Both the position numbers and the translations under genes were made by a program. 44,109 nucleotides of DNA, taken from contig JALHMU010000003.1 in NCBI GenBank assembly GCA_022843885.1, forward strand, positions 1-44,109. The letters are read 5' to 3'. Source of the DNA: Candidatus Peribacteraceae bacterium (GTDB lineage: Bacteria; Patescibacteriota; Gracilibacteria; Peribacterales; Peribacteraceae). Shown one piece after another: positions 18,922 through 26,444 of this stretch (position 1 is its first letter; every line of letters begins with the position of its first letter). The notes below the pieces were generated by a model. That model was not told the DNA's origin, did not search any database, and was given only the letters and a program-made list of their open reading frames with translations.

Positions 18922-19764
18922 CTATTTCGCGGGTGTCGGCTGCGTAAAAAACGTCAGTCGAACGGTGCCTTTTCCAGCTTCAAAGGAAAGCTGTTCGATC
19001 GAAAGCAGTGGGAGCGGCCACGCCTGCTGTGAGCGTAGAAGTGGCGCAATGGTTTTCAAAGAAGAACGCACATCCGCCAGTCCCGCTTCTAAGAGAAGCT
19101 GCTTCACATCGGTTGCGACATTACTTGGGAGATCTTGGAATGCGTCTTCTTCGGCTTGATCGGGGCGGCTGGCATACGCGAGCAGATCCATGCGCAGGAA
19201 TTCTTCTGCTGCAGGAAGTGCTAACGGCTGCTCTGCTTGAATGCGTTTCAAGAATGTCTCAGCTTGACCACGGACGATGTCATGCACTGTGAATGTTCCA
19301 GACCAGCGGAGAATGCCGATGAAATCAGAGACACCTTGTTCAGAGCCTGATAGCACCATCTCACTGGGGATGAACACGAGTGCGCCAGATTGTGTTGAAC
19401 CACCAAACGTAAAGCGATCGATCGTGATGGGGTTCGTTTCGGATACAGCATCAACAATGCGTTGGAACAGACGACGAATACGTTCCTGGTCGAGTGTCAC
19501 AGGCAACACATAGGCTGCAGCTTGTTCTTCTAACGCCGCTTTTCCGACTTGTCCGTACAGACGCTCGGAATCGATATTGCCCTTCAGAATCGAATTTGAA
19601 GAACGCAGTTCTGGCAGTTCTTTCGCCATCGAGATGGCTGTGTCACGCATCTCTGAAATGCGGAAAGATTCCACAACGCAGAGTGCAATTGCACCGACAA
19701 TCAACACAACTCCACATGGGTATGCGATTTTCTGAAAGCCGTGACTGGCGAGCATTTTCTTCAT
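18922..19764 (-). CDS. PilO-like type IV pilus assembly protein (tentative)
   Basis: N-terminal TM, coiled coil, then a ferredoxin-like pattern (IPSEMVLSGSEQGVSDFIGIL...LLSIEQLSF...TVRLTFF); ATGA-coupled to the PilN-like gene. Confidence 0.55.
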   Translation of the reverse strand: MKKMLASHGFQKIAYPCGVVLIVGAIALCVVESFRISEMRDTAISMAKELPELRSSNSILKGNIDSERLYGQVGKAALEEQAAAYVLPVTLDQERIRRLFQRIVDAVSETNPITIDRFTFGGSTQSGALVFIPSEMVLSGSEQGVSDFIGILRWSGTFTVHDIVRGQAETFLKRIQAEQPLALPAAEEFLRMDLLAYASRPDQAEEDAFQDLPSNVATDVKQLLLEAGLADVRSSLKTIAPLLRSQQAWPLPLLSIEQLSFEAGKGTVRLTFFTQPTPAK

Positions 19765-20342
19765 GGCTGTTTCAATGTGATATTGATCGCGAAAGGTGCA
19801 ACGAGATGTCCATCTTGTGTACGCGTCTGTCGGTACTCTGGTTCACTGACGGACGTGAAAAATGGTGATTCGCGGAGTCGATCGACAAAGGATGCAAGCA
19901 ATGCAATCGATCGTCCTTGATCACTTCGGATCATGCCCGACACAGACAGAGCTGATGCGTGTACGCGAAGGAAATCGATCTGCAGAGCAGTGTCGAATGT
20001 GGCTGCAATATCGGAAAATTCCGCCGTTGCTGTCGCAACTTGCTGTGCTGCAAATGCACGTGATCCGTGAATCAGGTTCAACGTTGGCGTTGGCGTCAGT
20101 GATGCAATGCGTGATTGTTCATCCAAGAGTTTTGCCTGCTCAGCTCGCAATGCGTCTCGTTCAGCCGTGACATCTCCGAAGCGGACCATGCGCTCGCCGG
20201 TCTGAACAGGGAAGCGACTTGGTGTTAAAACGATGAGCAGAAGAACCGATCCGATGAACAGCGTGAAGGCAAACAGAAAGAAGGGCACACGCAGGAAATC
20301 TTTGAGTGCTTTCTTGGCCTGTGCGGATGAAATGTCAGACAT
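19761..20342 (-). CDS. PilN-like type IV pilus assembly protein (tentative)
   Basis: TM plus coiled coil plus LSVSGMI...LASFVDRLRESPFFTSVS...FAINITL, a PilN-type signature. Confidence 0.6.
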   Translation of the reverse strand: MSDISSAQAKKALKDFLRVPFFLFAFTLFIGSVLLLIVLTPSRFPVQTGERMVRFGDVTAERDALRAEQAKLLDEQSRIASLTPTPTLNLIHGSRAFAAQQVATATAEFSDIAATFDTALQIDFLRVHASALSVSGMIRSDQGRSIALLASFVDRLRESPFFTSVSEPEYRQTRTQDGHLVAPFAINITLKQP

Positions 20343-20427
20343 ACTGTTTTCCTCTCAGTATAGCACAAATCGAGCTTTCTTTCCACTGCCGAAAATGCTA
20401 AAATAAGAGAGATTTACCCCCTTCCGA

Positions 20428-21517
20428 ATGGACGAGCTTATCGCAAAAATCACCGACCTTTGCGCCGCTCTGAACACGGGGAAGGACTCTCTTTGAGGCC
20501 CGAAAACTTCCGGAACAAATCAAAGCACTCGAAAAGCAGACAGAAGGTGAAATTTGGGAAGACCAAAAACTCGCTACTCGTATTTTTGGCGAACTCCGAA
20601 TCCTCAAAAAGCTCTGGGAGCCGACAGTCGAAATGAACGATCAAGCCAAAGAACTGTTAGAACTGACAAAAGCATCCGATGAAAAAGATCTTCCTGATTT
20701 GGAGAAAGAATATGACAAGCTCTATACAGCATGGCTCGAATTGGAAAAATCTCTCTACTTAAGTGGGAAGTACGATGCGGGAAATACGTACTTGAGCATC
20801 ACAAGCGGCGCTGGCGGCACGGAAGCACAGGACTGGGCTGCGATGCTCATGCGCATGTATCTACGCTATGCAGAACGCAAAGGGTGGAAGACAGAAATGA
20901 TCGATAAAGCCGATGGTTCCGAAGCAGGAATCAAATCTGCGACGATTCATGTCTCGGGAGATTTTGCGTACGGATATTTGAAGAACGAACGAGGCACACA
21001 TCGTTTAGTTCGACTGTCCCCTTTCAATGCAAAAAGTTTACGACAGACATCATTCGCTCTTGTGGAAGTGTTGCCGGACATGGCCGAACATCATCATGAA
21101 ATTGTTTTGAAGCCGGAAGACTTGCGTGTCGATACCTTCCGTTCCGGTGGTGCCGGCGGACAACACGTGAACAAAACCGATTCAGCCGTGCGCATCACGC
21201 ACTTGCCAACGGGCATCGCAGTTGTGTGTCAGAACGAACGCAGCCAATTGCAAAATCGGGAACGCGCGATGGCACTCCTCAAAGGAAAGTTGCACCAGAA
21301 AGAATTGGAAGAGCAGAAGAAAGAGAAGGATAGCTTGAAGGGAGCAACCAAGAGCGCTGACTTCGGCAGTCAGATCCGTAGCTACGTGCTGCATCCGTAT
21401 CAGATGGTCAAAGACCTCCGTACACACGTAGAAACCAGCGATACGACGGGCGTGCTGGATGGTGACCTCGATGCATTCGTCGAAGCTGAACTGAAACGCT
21501 CAAGCAAAGAATTGTAA
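20428..21517 (+). CDS. prfB: Peptide chain release factor 2 with programmed +1 frameshift (about 362 aa)
   Basis: ORF0 from ATG 20428 ends CTT TGA (20491-20496); the +1 frame from 20495 is open into the 20633 ORF carrying GGTEAQDW, the SPF specificity motif and GGQ. Confidence 0.97.
20483..20497 (+). promoter_or_regulatory. prfB +1 ribosomal frameshift site
   Basis: AGGAC TCT CTT TGA G: SD-like purines just upstream of the CTT-TGA slip/stop. Confidence 0.9.
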
Positions 21518-21559
21518 GATTTTTCCGCAAAAAAAGCAGAGAATAGGTATACTTCATGA

Positions 21560-22033
21560 ATGACCAACCTGATCTTCAAAAGCAGGAAATGGTGGAAAAG
21601 TGATTGGGATTTGTATGCAGGAGAAAAAGTGATCGGTTCTTTCAGCATGAAGGGCTGGTCGTACACACGTGCCGCCGTACACATCGGAACAAAGCAGTTT
21701 GAAATTACGTACAAAGGATGGAGTGGAAATCGAACGCAACTGTGCGATGCATCGGGCAAAGAAATCGCAACGGCAGAGCCGATAAATTTTTGGGGGACGA
21801 GAGTAGAAATACGGCTTCATGGGAGAAAATACATTCTGACGACATCTGGATGGATGACACACTTCCTTGCAATGGACGAACAAGGTCATGAGCTCGTACG
21901 GCTTAAGGACCGTTGGTGGAGCAACACCTTCGATGTCACGATCAAAAATCCCGATGCAGAAGTGGAACTCCTTTTAGCATTCCTCCTCCTCTATCGAGGG
22001 ATCCAAATGAGAGCAGCGTCCTCTGGGACGTAG
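21560..22033 (+). CDS. Hypothetical Trp-rich beta-strand protein (possibly LURP-one/tubby-C-like)
   Basis: TATACT 6 nt before ATG; repeated beta-hairpin units (WW/GW motifs) and a terminal hydrophobic helix (ELLLAFLLLY). Confidence 0.7.
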   Translation: MTNLIFKSRKWWKSDWDLYAGEKVIGSFSMKGWSYTRAAVHIGTKQFEITYKGWSGNRTQLCDASGKEIATAEPINFWGTRVEIRLHGRKYILTTSGWMTHFLAMDEQGHELVRLKDRWWSNTFDVTIKNPDAEVELLLAFLLLYRGIQMRAASSGT

Positions 22034-22034
22034 T

Positions 22035-22096
22035 ATTCGACTCGTCTATAAATAGTTGGTGGCTTGCCATGAGCGAGCACGTAGTGCGAGTCGAAT
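22035..22096. repeat. About 62-bp element bounded by a perfect 10-bp inverted repeat, abutting the tRNA 3' end
   Basis: ATTCGACTCG (22035-22044) / CGAGTCGAAT (22087-22096); internal GCAC-GTA-GTGC hairpin. Confidence 0.55.
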
Positions 22097-22185
22097 GGCG
22101 GAGAGAGAGGGATTCGAACCCTCGATTCCCGTAAGGGAATACACGATTTCGAGTCGTGCGCTTTCGACCACTCAGCCATCTCTCC
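22096..22185 (-). tRNA. tRNA-Ser (anticodon CGA)
   Basis: Reverse complement GGAGAGATGGCTGAGTGGTCGAAAGCGCACGACT-CGA-AATCGTG, long variable arm, GGTTCGAATCCC T-arm, G discriminator, encoded CCA; 90 nt. Confidence 0.97.
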
Positions 22186-22230
22186 GTAAAGCCTGCAGAT
22201 TCTACACTGATCTATCGTGGAATGTGAGCC

Positions 22231-22276
22231 AAGAAAAGTGCCTCCTCCCATCAAAGAATATGATGAGAGGAAGCAC
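22231..22276 (-). terminator. Intrinsic terminator downstream of the 29-aa ORF
   Basis: Minus-strand GUGCUUCCUCUCAUCA-loop7-UGAUGGGAGGAGGCAC then UUUUCUU; the two non-Watson-Crick positions are G.U only on the minus strand. Confidence 0.8.
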
Positions 22277-22297
22277 AGGTGGGAAGATCAGGCGGAA

Positions 22298-22387
22298 TTA
22301 GGCACAGAGCCTTTTCGGAGACCGATTTTTTGGATAGCTGATTTTTTTCTTCGGTTTCGGATAGGCCAATTTCCTCGACTTTGCCAT
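22298..22387 (-). CDS. Small very basic protein, 29 aa (MAKSRKLAYPKPKKKISYPKNRSPKRLCA)
   Basis: GAAGGAGG SD 5 nt before ATG 22387; upstream promoter, downstream terminator; 11 K/R and no acidic residues. Confidence 0.6.
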   Translation of the reverse strand: MAKSRKLAYPKPKKKISYPKNRSPKRLCA

Positions 22388-22397
22388 GAGATCCTCC

Positions 22398-22463
22398 TTC
22401 CGCTCAGAGATGAGGTGAACCGATCCGATCGGTTCGTTTGTAGACCTCAGAAAAAGAGCGGAA
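22398..22463 (-). promoter_or_regulatory. Long nested stem-loop in the 5' leader of the 29-aa ORF
   Basis: UUCCGCUC/GAGCGGAA outer stem, UGAGGU/ACCUCA middle stem, GAACCGAU/AUCGGUUC inner stem; its 3' foot runs into the SD. Confidence 0.7.
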
Positions 22464-22478
22464 TACCAAAGTACGCCA

Positions 22479-22575
22479 GATTCTATATATGTGCAATGCG
22501 ACACAAAATTGATATTGTGCAACGAAGGGAAGGGGGTACCATAATGCAAATTGTTCTTTGCATCTTTCTAGAATC
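22479..22575. promoter_or_regulatory. Divergent promoter pair sharing TTGCA-N6-TAGAATC
   Basis: Minus copy at 22496-22479 and plus copy at 22558-22575; an ATGCAAA-N6-TTTGCAT palindrome overlaps the plus copy. Confidence 0.55.
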
Positions 22576-22599
22576 AGAAGGAATTGGAGGGAATTTTCT

Positions 22600-22674
22600 A
22601 TGAATTTCGTCCGCTTCTTTTTCAGCTGCAGGGTGCAGTTGGCAAGCATGGACACTAGCTTTAGGAGTGTGTAA
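22600..22674 (+). CDS. Putative 24-aa Phe-rich leader peptide/uORF (MNFVRFFFSCRVQLASMDTSFRSV)
   Basis: GGAGG at 22586-22590, ATG 22600; its TAA directly abuts the ATG of the 54-aa ORF (GTG TAA ATG). Confidence 0.4.
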   Translation: MNFVRFFFSCRVQLASMDTSFRSV

Positions 22675-22839
22675 ATGAGTGGTCACTATCAGAAGCAAGG
22701 TGGTGCGAAACGCAGTCGTAACTGGAAGAAACGCGTGGAACGCGGAAGGGCTGGTAATCGTACGGCCAAAGTGATCAAAGAGCAGCAAAAACTGCTCCTG
22801 CAGCAGAGGAAACAAGAAGCAATCGAGGCGGCTGCCTAG
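22675..22839 (+). CDS. Small basic protein, 54 aa (MSGHYQKQGGAKRSRNWKKRVERGRAGNRTAKVIKEQQKLLLQQRKQEAIEAAA)
   Basis: AGGAG SD 7 nt before ATG; 15 K/R; followed by a textbook terminator; below the ORF-track size cutoff. Confidence 0.7.
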   Translation: MSGHYQKQGGAKRSRNWKKRVERGRAGNRTAKVIKEQQKLLLQQRKQEAIEAAA

Positions 22840-22858
22840 TTTGGTAGCTATCTCGAAT

Positions 22859-22892
22859 CACGCCTGGGGTTTATCCCCGGGCGTGTTTTTTT
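22859..22892 (+). terminator. Intrinsic terminator downstream of the 54-aa ORF
   Basis: CACGCCTGGGG-TTTAT-CCCCGGGCGTG followed by T7. Confidence 0.9.
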
Positions 22893-22909
22893 GGCGTATA
22901 ATTTCTTCG

Positions 22910-24160
22910 ATGAAATCGAATGCTGAACATTCGGCAGATCTTACTATCGTCGGTGCCGGAGCAGCCGGGATCGAAGCCGCAAAAATCGCACAAGAAAATG
23001 GAGCACGTGTCATTCTGCTAGAGGGAAACGACCGACCGCATGGACGCATCAATACGGATAGTCATTTCGTCGAACATGGTGCGGAATTCCTTCATGGAGT
23101 ACAAAGTAAAACGTGGGAACACGTAAAAGAATACGGTCTGACAACCATCTCCGATGGAGACGTCAAAAATAGCTACGTCTATATGGAGGGGAAGGTGCAA
23201 AAGAACAATCAATGTGAAATTCTTATCGCCAAGATCCGTGAAAAAGCACGTGAACATCTATCAACGAAAGGCGAAACAAGTGCCGACCGTATTATCAAAC
23301 AAGTATTACATAATCTCGATATTCCTGAAGAATTGAAGAGCACCATCCGCGGAGCGATCGAAAGTGAATATGGTGCGAGACTCAGAAATTTAGGTCTGCC
23401 GGGATTACAGGAACCGTCGAGTTTTGAAGAAGAGAATTTTCGCTTAGAAGAGGGTTATTCCGCACTTTTACAACGCATGTCGGAAGGCCTCGATATACGC
23501 TTACATCAAAATGTGCAGCGTATCGATTGGGGAAACGATGTCGAGCTCACAACGGGAACAGGAGAAACATTTCGTTCCAAAGGAGTTATCAGTACCATCC
23601 CTGCTGGGATTCTCAAGCAGCAACCGGATCTCTTTATGAAACCATTGCCACCAGAAAAAATAGAAGCGTTCGGAAGAATAGGAGTTGGCGAAGTTTGGAA
23701 AATTATCGCGACATTCCGGAAGCGTATTTGGAAGGAAGATATGGCCGTGCTACGAACACCACTTCTGACACAGGTATGGTGGCCGGCACATTGGGGTCGC
23801 TCAAAACCTGCACCCATCCTCACAGCGCTCATCGGTGCAAATGGCGTGAAGAAATTTGGGCAGTCGGAAGATGAGGCATCACGAATTGCCTTTGAGGAAT
23901 TGAAGCTCATGTTCGGCGCATCAAAGGTAGAAAACGCATTAGAAAATATCGATGTTATTCCGTGGACACTCGATCCACATATTCGCACCGGCTATTCGTA
24001 TCTTCCGCCTCATGCGAATGGCATTCGAAAAACATTGGCTGAGCCTGTCGACGGCAAGCTTTTCTTTGCAGGAGAAGCAACCGATCCGGAAGCCGGGACC
24101 GTGCACGGTGCATTCAACAGCGGCGAACGCGCAGCGCTTGAATTCTTGCGATCAAGTTAA
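22910..24160 (+). CDS. Flavin-containing amine oxidoreductase (monoamine oxidase family)
   Basis: VGAGAAGIEAA dinucleotide-binding motif, EHGAEFLHG, LFFAGEAT, GTVHGAFNSGERAA. Start set at ATG 22910, 7 nt after TATAAT and after the terminator. Confidence 0.9.
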   Translation: MKSNAEHSADLTIVGAGAAGIEAAKIAQENGARVILLEGNDRPHGRINTDSHFVEHGAEFLHGVQSKTWEHVKEYGLTTISDGDVKNSYVYMEGKVQKNNQCEILIAKIREKAREHLSTKGETSADRIIKQVLHNLDIPEELKSTIRGAIESEYGARLRNLGLPGLQEPSSFEEENFRLEEGYSALLQRMSEGLDIRLHQNVQRIDWGNDVELTTGTGETFRSKGVISTIPAGILKQQPDLFMKPLPPEKIEAFGRIGVGEVWKIIATFRKRIWKEDMAVLRTPLLTQVWWPAHWGRSKPAPILTALIGANGVKKFGQSEDEASRIAFEELKLMFGASKVENALENIDVIPWTLDPHIRTGYSYLPPHANGIRKTLAEPVDGKLFFAGEATDPEAGTVHGAFNSGERAALEFLRSS

Positions 24161-25414
24161 TTACGTTCCTTCCTGCCAGCTTCCCAGATACTTCACCTGT
24201 TCAGGCGTGAGTTCGTCGATAGCCGTATCCATCGCGACAAGCTGAAGACCTGCGATGTAATCATCGATGTTCGGTGGAAGCGTAATGACTTCAGATGGAA
24301 GCTTGCCTTTATTATCGACCAAATATTTGCAGGAGAGTGCTTGTCCGCAGAACGAGAGACTCATCACTTCACTTGGGTGCCCTTCGGCAGAAGCGAGGTT
24401 CACGAGACGACCTTCACCAGCGATGTAAATCACGCGGCCTGACTTCATCAAGTATTCGTCCAAGTAATGACGTACACGACGCTTGCGGCTGGCCTTGCTT
24501 TCGAGTGTGTCGATATCGATTTCATGATTGAAGTGTCCAGAGTTTGCGAGGACTGCTGCATCTTTCATCTTTTCCATGTGTTCATAACGGATCACATGCA
24601 AGTTTCCAGACACCGTGATGAAGAGATCCCCGACCGATGCGGCATCTTCCATTTTCATGACACGGTGACCATCCATGAGTGCCTGCAATGCCGCAAAGTT
24701 ATCGACTTCTGTAACAATGACTTGAGCGCCAAGACCCTGCGCACGCATCGCAACGCCCTTTCCGCAGCTTCCGTAGCCGATCACCACAACGGTCTTTCCG
24801 GCGATGAGGAGGTTCGTAGAGCGGAGGATACCGTCGAAGGTCGACTGACCTGTGCCGTAGTAGTTATCCATCAAGTGTTTCGTCTTATTGTCGTTCACAG
24901 CGATCATCGGGATCTTCAAAACATTTTCTTTCTGCATCGCATGGAGACGAACGATACCGGTCGTCGTTTCCTCACATCCTCCGATCATCTCTGAAAGAAG
25001 TGCTGGGTGCTTCGTATGAATTTCCGTCACGAGATCGCAACCGTCATCAATGATGATGTGTGGCTTCGTGTCGATGACTGCATTCAAGAACTTGTAGTAA
25101 TCTTCACTGCTCTCACCTTTATATGCCCAAACCAATGTGTCCTTTTCTTCTGCAAGTGCTGCGACAATGTCGTCCTGCGTTGAGAGAGGGTTACAACCCG
25201 TGATCGCGACTTTCGCGCCACCTGCAACGAGCGTTCGAACCAAAATTCCTGTTTCTTTTGTGACATGCAGTGCCATTCCGATCGTGAGACCTGCAAATGG
25301 TTTTTCTTTTTCAAAAATTCCTTTCAAGTGCATGAGTGCGCCCATGCGTTTTTCGGCGATCTCCAAGTTGAGACGACCTTGTTCTGCGAGTGATGGATCT
25401 TTGACGTATGACAT
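24161..25414 (-). CDS. ahcY: Adenosylhomocysteinase (SAH hydrolase)
   Basis: CNPLSTQD, DDGCDL, EETTTG, KHLMDNYYGTGQS, GYGSCGKG, NSGHFN, EGRLVNLASAEGHP. Confidence 0.97.
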   Translation of the reverse strand: MSYVKDPSLAEQGRLNLEIAEKRMGALMHLKGIFEKEKPFAGLTIGMALHVTKETGILVRTLVAGGAKVAITGCNPLSTQDDIVAALAEEKDTLVWAYKGESSEDYYKFLNAVIDTKPHIIIDDGCDLVTEIHTKHPALLSEMIGGCEETTTGIVRLHAMQKENVLKIPMIAVNDNKTKHLMDNYYGTGQSTFDGILRSTNLLIAGKTVVVIGYGSCGKGVAMRAQGLGAQVIVTEVDNFAALQALMDGHRVMKMEDAASVGDLFITVSGNLHVIRYEHMEKMKDAAVLANSGHFNHEIDIDTLESKASRKRRVRHYLDEYLMKSGRVIYIAGEGRLVNLASAEGHPSEVMSLSFCGQALSCKYLVDNKGKLPSEVITLPPNIDDYIAGLQLVAMDTAIDELTPEQVKYLGSWQEGT

Positions 25415-25444
25415 AAGGCTCAGAGGGTACCGGAAGTTCGTTTC

Positions 25445-26389
25445 CTAGGAAAGCTTCGGCATCGGCTTGCCGTATGTCAGCTCGAAACGCTCCGCGATCT
25501 GCTTTATAGATAAATCCATCGCAAGCGTGCCCATACATTCGACGGCAAATGAACCCATAACGGCGCCCAATCGACCACTGTCCTCAAGACTCCAGCCTGC
25601 ACCCATGCCCGCCATCAAACCTGCACGCAGTGCATCACCGGCACCTGTTGGATTCGTAAACTTCGTCGGCTTGGCAGCAGCAATACCATGTTCCTGCAGC
25701 CGATCGGCGATGATGAGTCCTTCTTCACCGCGCGTCATCACAAGGAGGCCGCACGCTTCGACGATATCTTTTTGCGTCCATTCCGTTTTTTCCTGCGTGA
25801 TCCCCCATTCGAATTCATTCACGATTAAACCTTTGCTTGCTTTGATCGCACGTCGGAATTCATCTTTGCCAAATGCATGTGCGACTTGGCCCGGATCGAA
25901 AAAGTAGGGCACGCCGTCACGCTCGAGTCGTGATGCAAGATCCAAATTCAATTGCGGATTGCGCGGACTCACAATCGCATGGTGGAACATTCCCTTTTTG
26001 AAAGAGTCTGGCAATGTCCCTACGGCATCTGCGCCCGGATGGAAGAATGCGATTTGGCGTTCATGTGTATCAGTACCGATCATCGCGGTTGCCGTCACAG
26101 CATCTTGATTGCGATCAACAAATTTCACATCGACACCTGCTTTTTTGAGCATCGACAGATATTCGTCACCATCTTTTCCGACCGAACCGATGAGTGACAC
26201 ATCTTGTTTGAGAATGCGCAGATACCACGCGATGTTGGCTCCTGTGCCACCCGGGAACCGCTGATACCCCGGTGCATAGAAGGATACGGACAGCTTTTCC
26301 AGATCCGCAGCATGGATAACTTCGGCAAATGACCCATCATATTGCAAGAGGACGTCATAGGCGATGGAACCGTTTACGAGAAAGCGCAT
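25445..26389 (-). CDS. PfkB-family kinase, probable adenosine kinase
   Basis: GSIAYD, PGGTGANIA, FDPGQ, NEFE, PTGAGDALRAG; adjacent to ahcY, whose product is adenosine. Confidence 0.85.
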   Translation of the reverse strand: MRFLVNGSIAYDVLLQYDGSFAEVIHAADLEKLSVSFYAPGYQRFPGGTGANIAWYLRILKQDVSLIGSVGKDGDEYLSMLKKAGVDVKFVDRNQDAVTATAMIGTDTHERQIAFFHPGADAVGTLPDSFKKGMFHHAIVSPRNPQLNLDLASRLERDGVPYFFDPGQVAHAFGKDEFRRAIKASKGLIVNEFEWGITQEKTEWTQKDIVEACGLLVMTRGEEGLIIADRLQEHGIAAAKPTKFTNPTGAGDALRAGLMAGMGAGWSLEDSGRLGAVMGSFAVECMGTLAMDLSIKQIAERFELTYGKPMPKLS

Positions 26390-26444
26390 GGCTCCATGCT
26401 ACAAGCCGACTGACAGAAAGTGAAATCTTGGCTACACTCTTGGT

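Noticed and set aside
20491-20497. prfB pseudogene, or TGA recoded as Gly (code 25)
   Set aside because: CTT-TGA at this position is the known programmed frameshift; RF2 is intact and many genes end in TGA.
22096-22185. tRNA as the attachment site of an integrated island
   Set aside because: I saw no duplicated tRNA 3' fragment in the window and no adjacent integrase.
22231-22480. tmRNA, RNase P, SRP or 6S RNA
   Set aside because: I could not find their hallmark sequences (tRNA-like ends, GAGGAAAGUCC, SRP domain IV) by eye; an Rfam scan is still advisable.
22217-22815. ORF-track calls 22217-22603, 22404-22655, 22483-22815 and the 83-aa version of 22298
   Set aside because: They lack SD or promoter support and run across promoters or hairpins; the shorter SD-led, terminator-bounded ORFs fit better.
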